A stretch of DNA of 62,835 bases, the filler included, from Rhabdomonas costata (Eukaryota), in assembly GCA_019059605.1 (NCBI GenBank). It is 44 parts of 44 records of this genome, joined end to end, with 100 filler letters (N's around TTAATTAATTAA, not from the genome) between each part and the next. Parts side by side here need not be neighbours in the genome. Positions count along the whole stretch, not along the records: positions 61,510 to 62,835 come from JAHMHO010019195.1; 43 more parts are not named here. One strand, given 5' to 3'. The notes beneath the pieces were generated by a model. That model searched no databases and was not told the origin of the DNA. It saw only the letters and a list, made by a program, of their open reading frames with translations. Below are positions 62,040-62,835 of this stretch, piece after piece (position 1 is the first letter of the stretch; each line of letters starts with the position of its first letter). The translations under genes were made by a program, and so were the position numbers.

Positions 62040-62835
62040 CGTCAGAAGAGACTGGAAAGATCATATACAGAAGCATGACAAGAATACAGAATACACTAGT
62101 GCAGTGTTACGCAGCCCTCCAGGCTGTTAAAATGCAGAGGAAGAGCCGCGAATCGCAAGAATCCGCCACCGGAGGCCAAGTCTGAGGTGACTGCCACAGC
62201 CTTCCTAGGAACAGAGATGTATACTGCCGATCCAGCAAGTGCGCGAAGTGCAATACCCTGTTCGCACCATCAAACCTCAGATGACACCTAGGATGACTTC
62301 GCCGCTTCCCTCCTGACCCTCTTCACATATCACCTCACCATATGGCCTGGCCCCTGGCCTCTGGTTATGAGACGTGTTTCCGTTCCTTTCTTCTGAGGCG
62401 AAACAAAGTAGGTTGGTGGGGTGAGGTCGGGTTAGGGCGATGAGTCTTTCCCTAACAAAGGCGCCCGCTTAAGGAGTATTAATTTTGTCAGATAAGGCGT
62501 GCGGGGGTGCGAAGTTGGGCGTTACTACACGTCACTGCGTTGCTGCCTGTATCTCCAATATCACTGCTTGGAAACCGAAATACAACAGGAGAAACACAAA
62601 GTAGAAGGTAATAACGGCAAAAAAAATCATGAAGTGGAAAAGATGCGTCAAGCAAGAATCTGGACAGCATCCGAATAAGCGTGGGAAACATTTCTCCCTG
62701 CAGCATCCCCTGCCCCCTGATTCTCTACCACGCGTTTCCAAACTCCCTATTTCCCCACAACATAGTGCCGGATCGCCCTCAATCCCCCATCCCGTCCATT
62801 CATCCACCTAACATCCTCCCATCTCACCCACACAC

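Noticed and set aside
1-62835. Gene neighbourhood or operon-like clustering (e.g. cyclases with PstS)
   Set aside because: Contigs appear ordered by length, so adjacency carries no information.
1-62835. rRNA, tRNA, spliced-leader or snRNA genes
   Set aside because: No recognisable conserved motifs seen by eye; a covariance-model search would be needed to exclude them.

Overview
This is not a contiguous locus. It is 44 unrelated contigs of about 1.33 kb, apparently length-sorted, joined by 43 artificial 100-bp spacers (44 N + TTAATTAATTAA + 44 N), so no synteny can be read across spacers. The DNA is nuclear-type eukaryotic: GC3-rich exons with GT-AG and GC-AG introns. It is most likely a euglenozoan, probably a euglenid (inferred from the trypanosomatid-type adenylate cyclase, the cyclase expansion, the CCT3 sequence and the intron density). 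Recognisable gene fragments: CCT3, PRP38B-like splicing factor, PHS1/HACD dehydratase, Hsp78/ClpB, propionyl-CoA synthetase, a PstS phosphate-binding domain, five class III cyclase fragments plus a sensor-TM-HAMP exon, CFAP46-like, TPR, kelch, Big_5 and SPRY domains, and a complete 60-aa COX7c-like gene. Most notable: (1) Three contigs (34343-35673, 37204-38533, 41494-42824) share a non-coding core packed with RCGNAGY mini-hairpins. One of them assembles as a 1203-bp circle (127-bp exact terminal overlap), carries a hairpin in both flip and flop orientation, and holds two apparent spliceosomal exons. This is a candidate family of minicircle-like replicons. (2) Contigs start G/T-rich and end C/A-rich, suggesting (CA)n...(TG)n fold-back introns. 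(3) A tandem, frameshifted phage-like domain. All family assignments come from motif recognition by eye; no database search was run.
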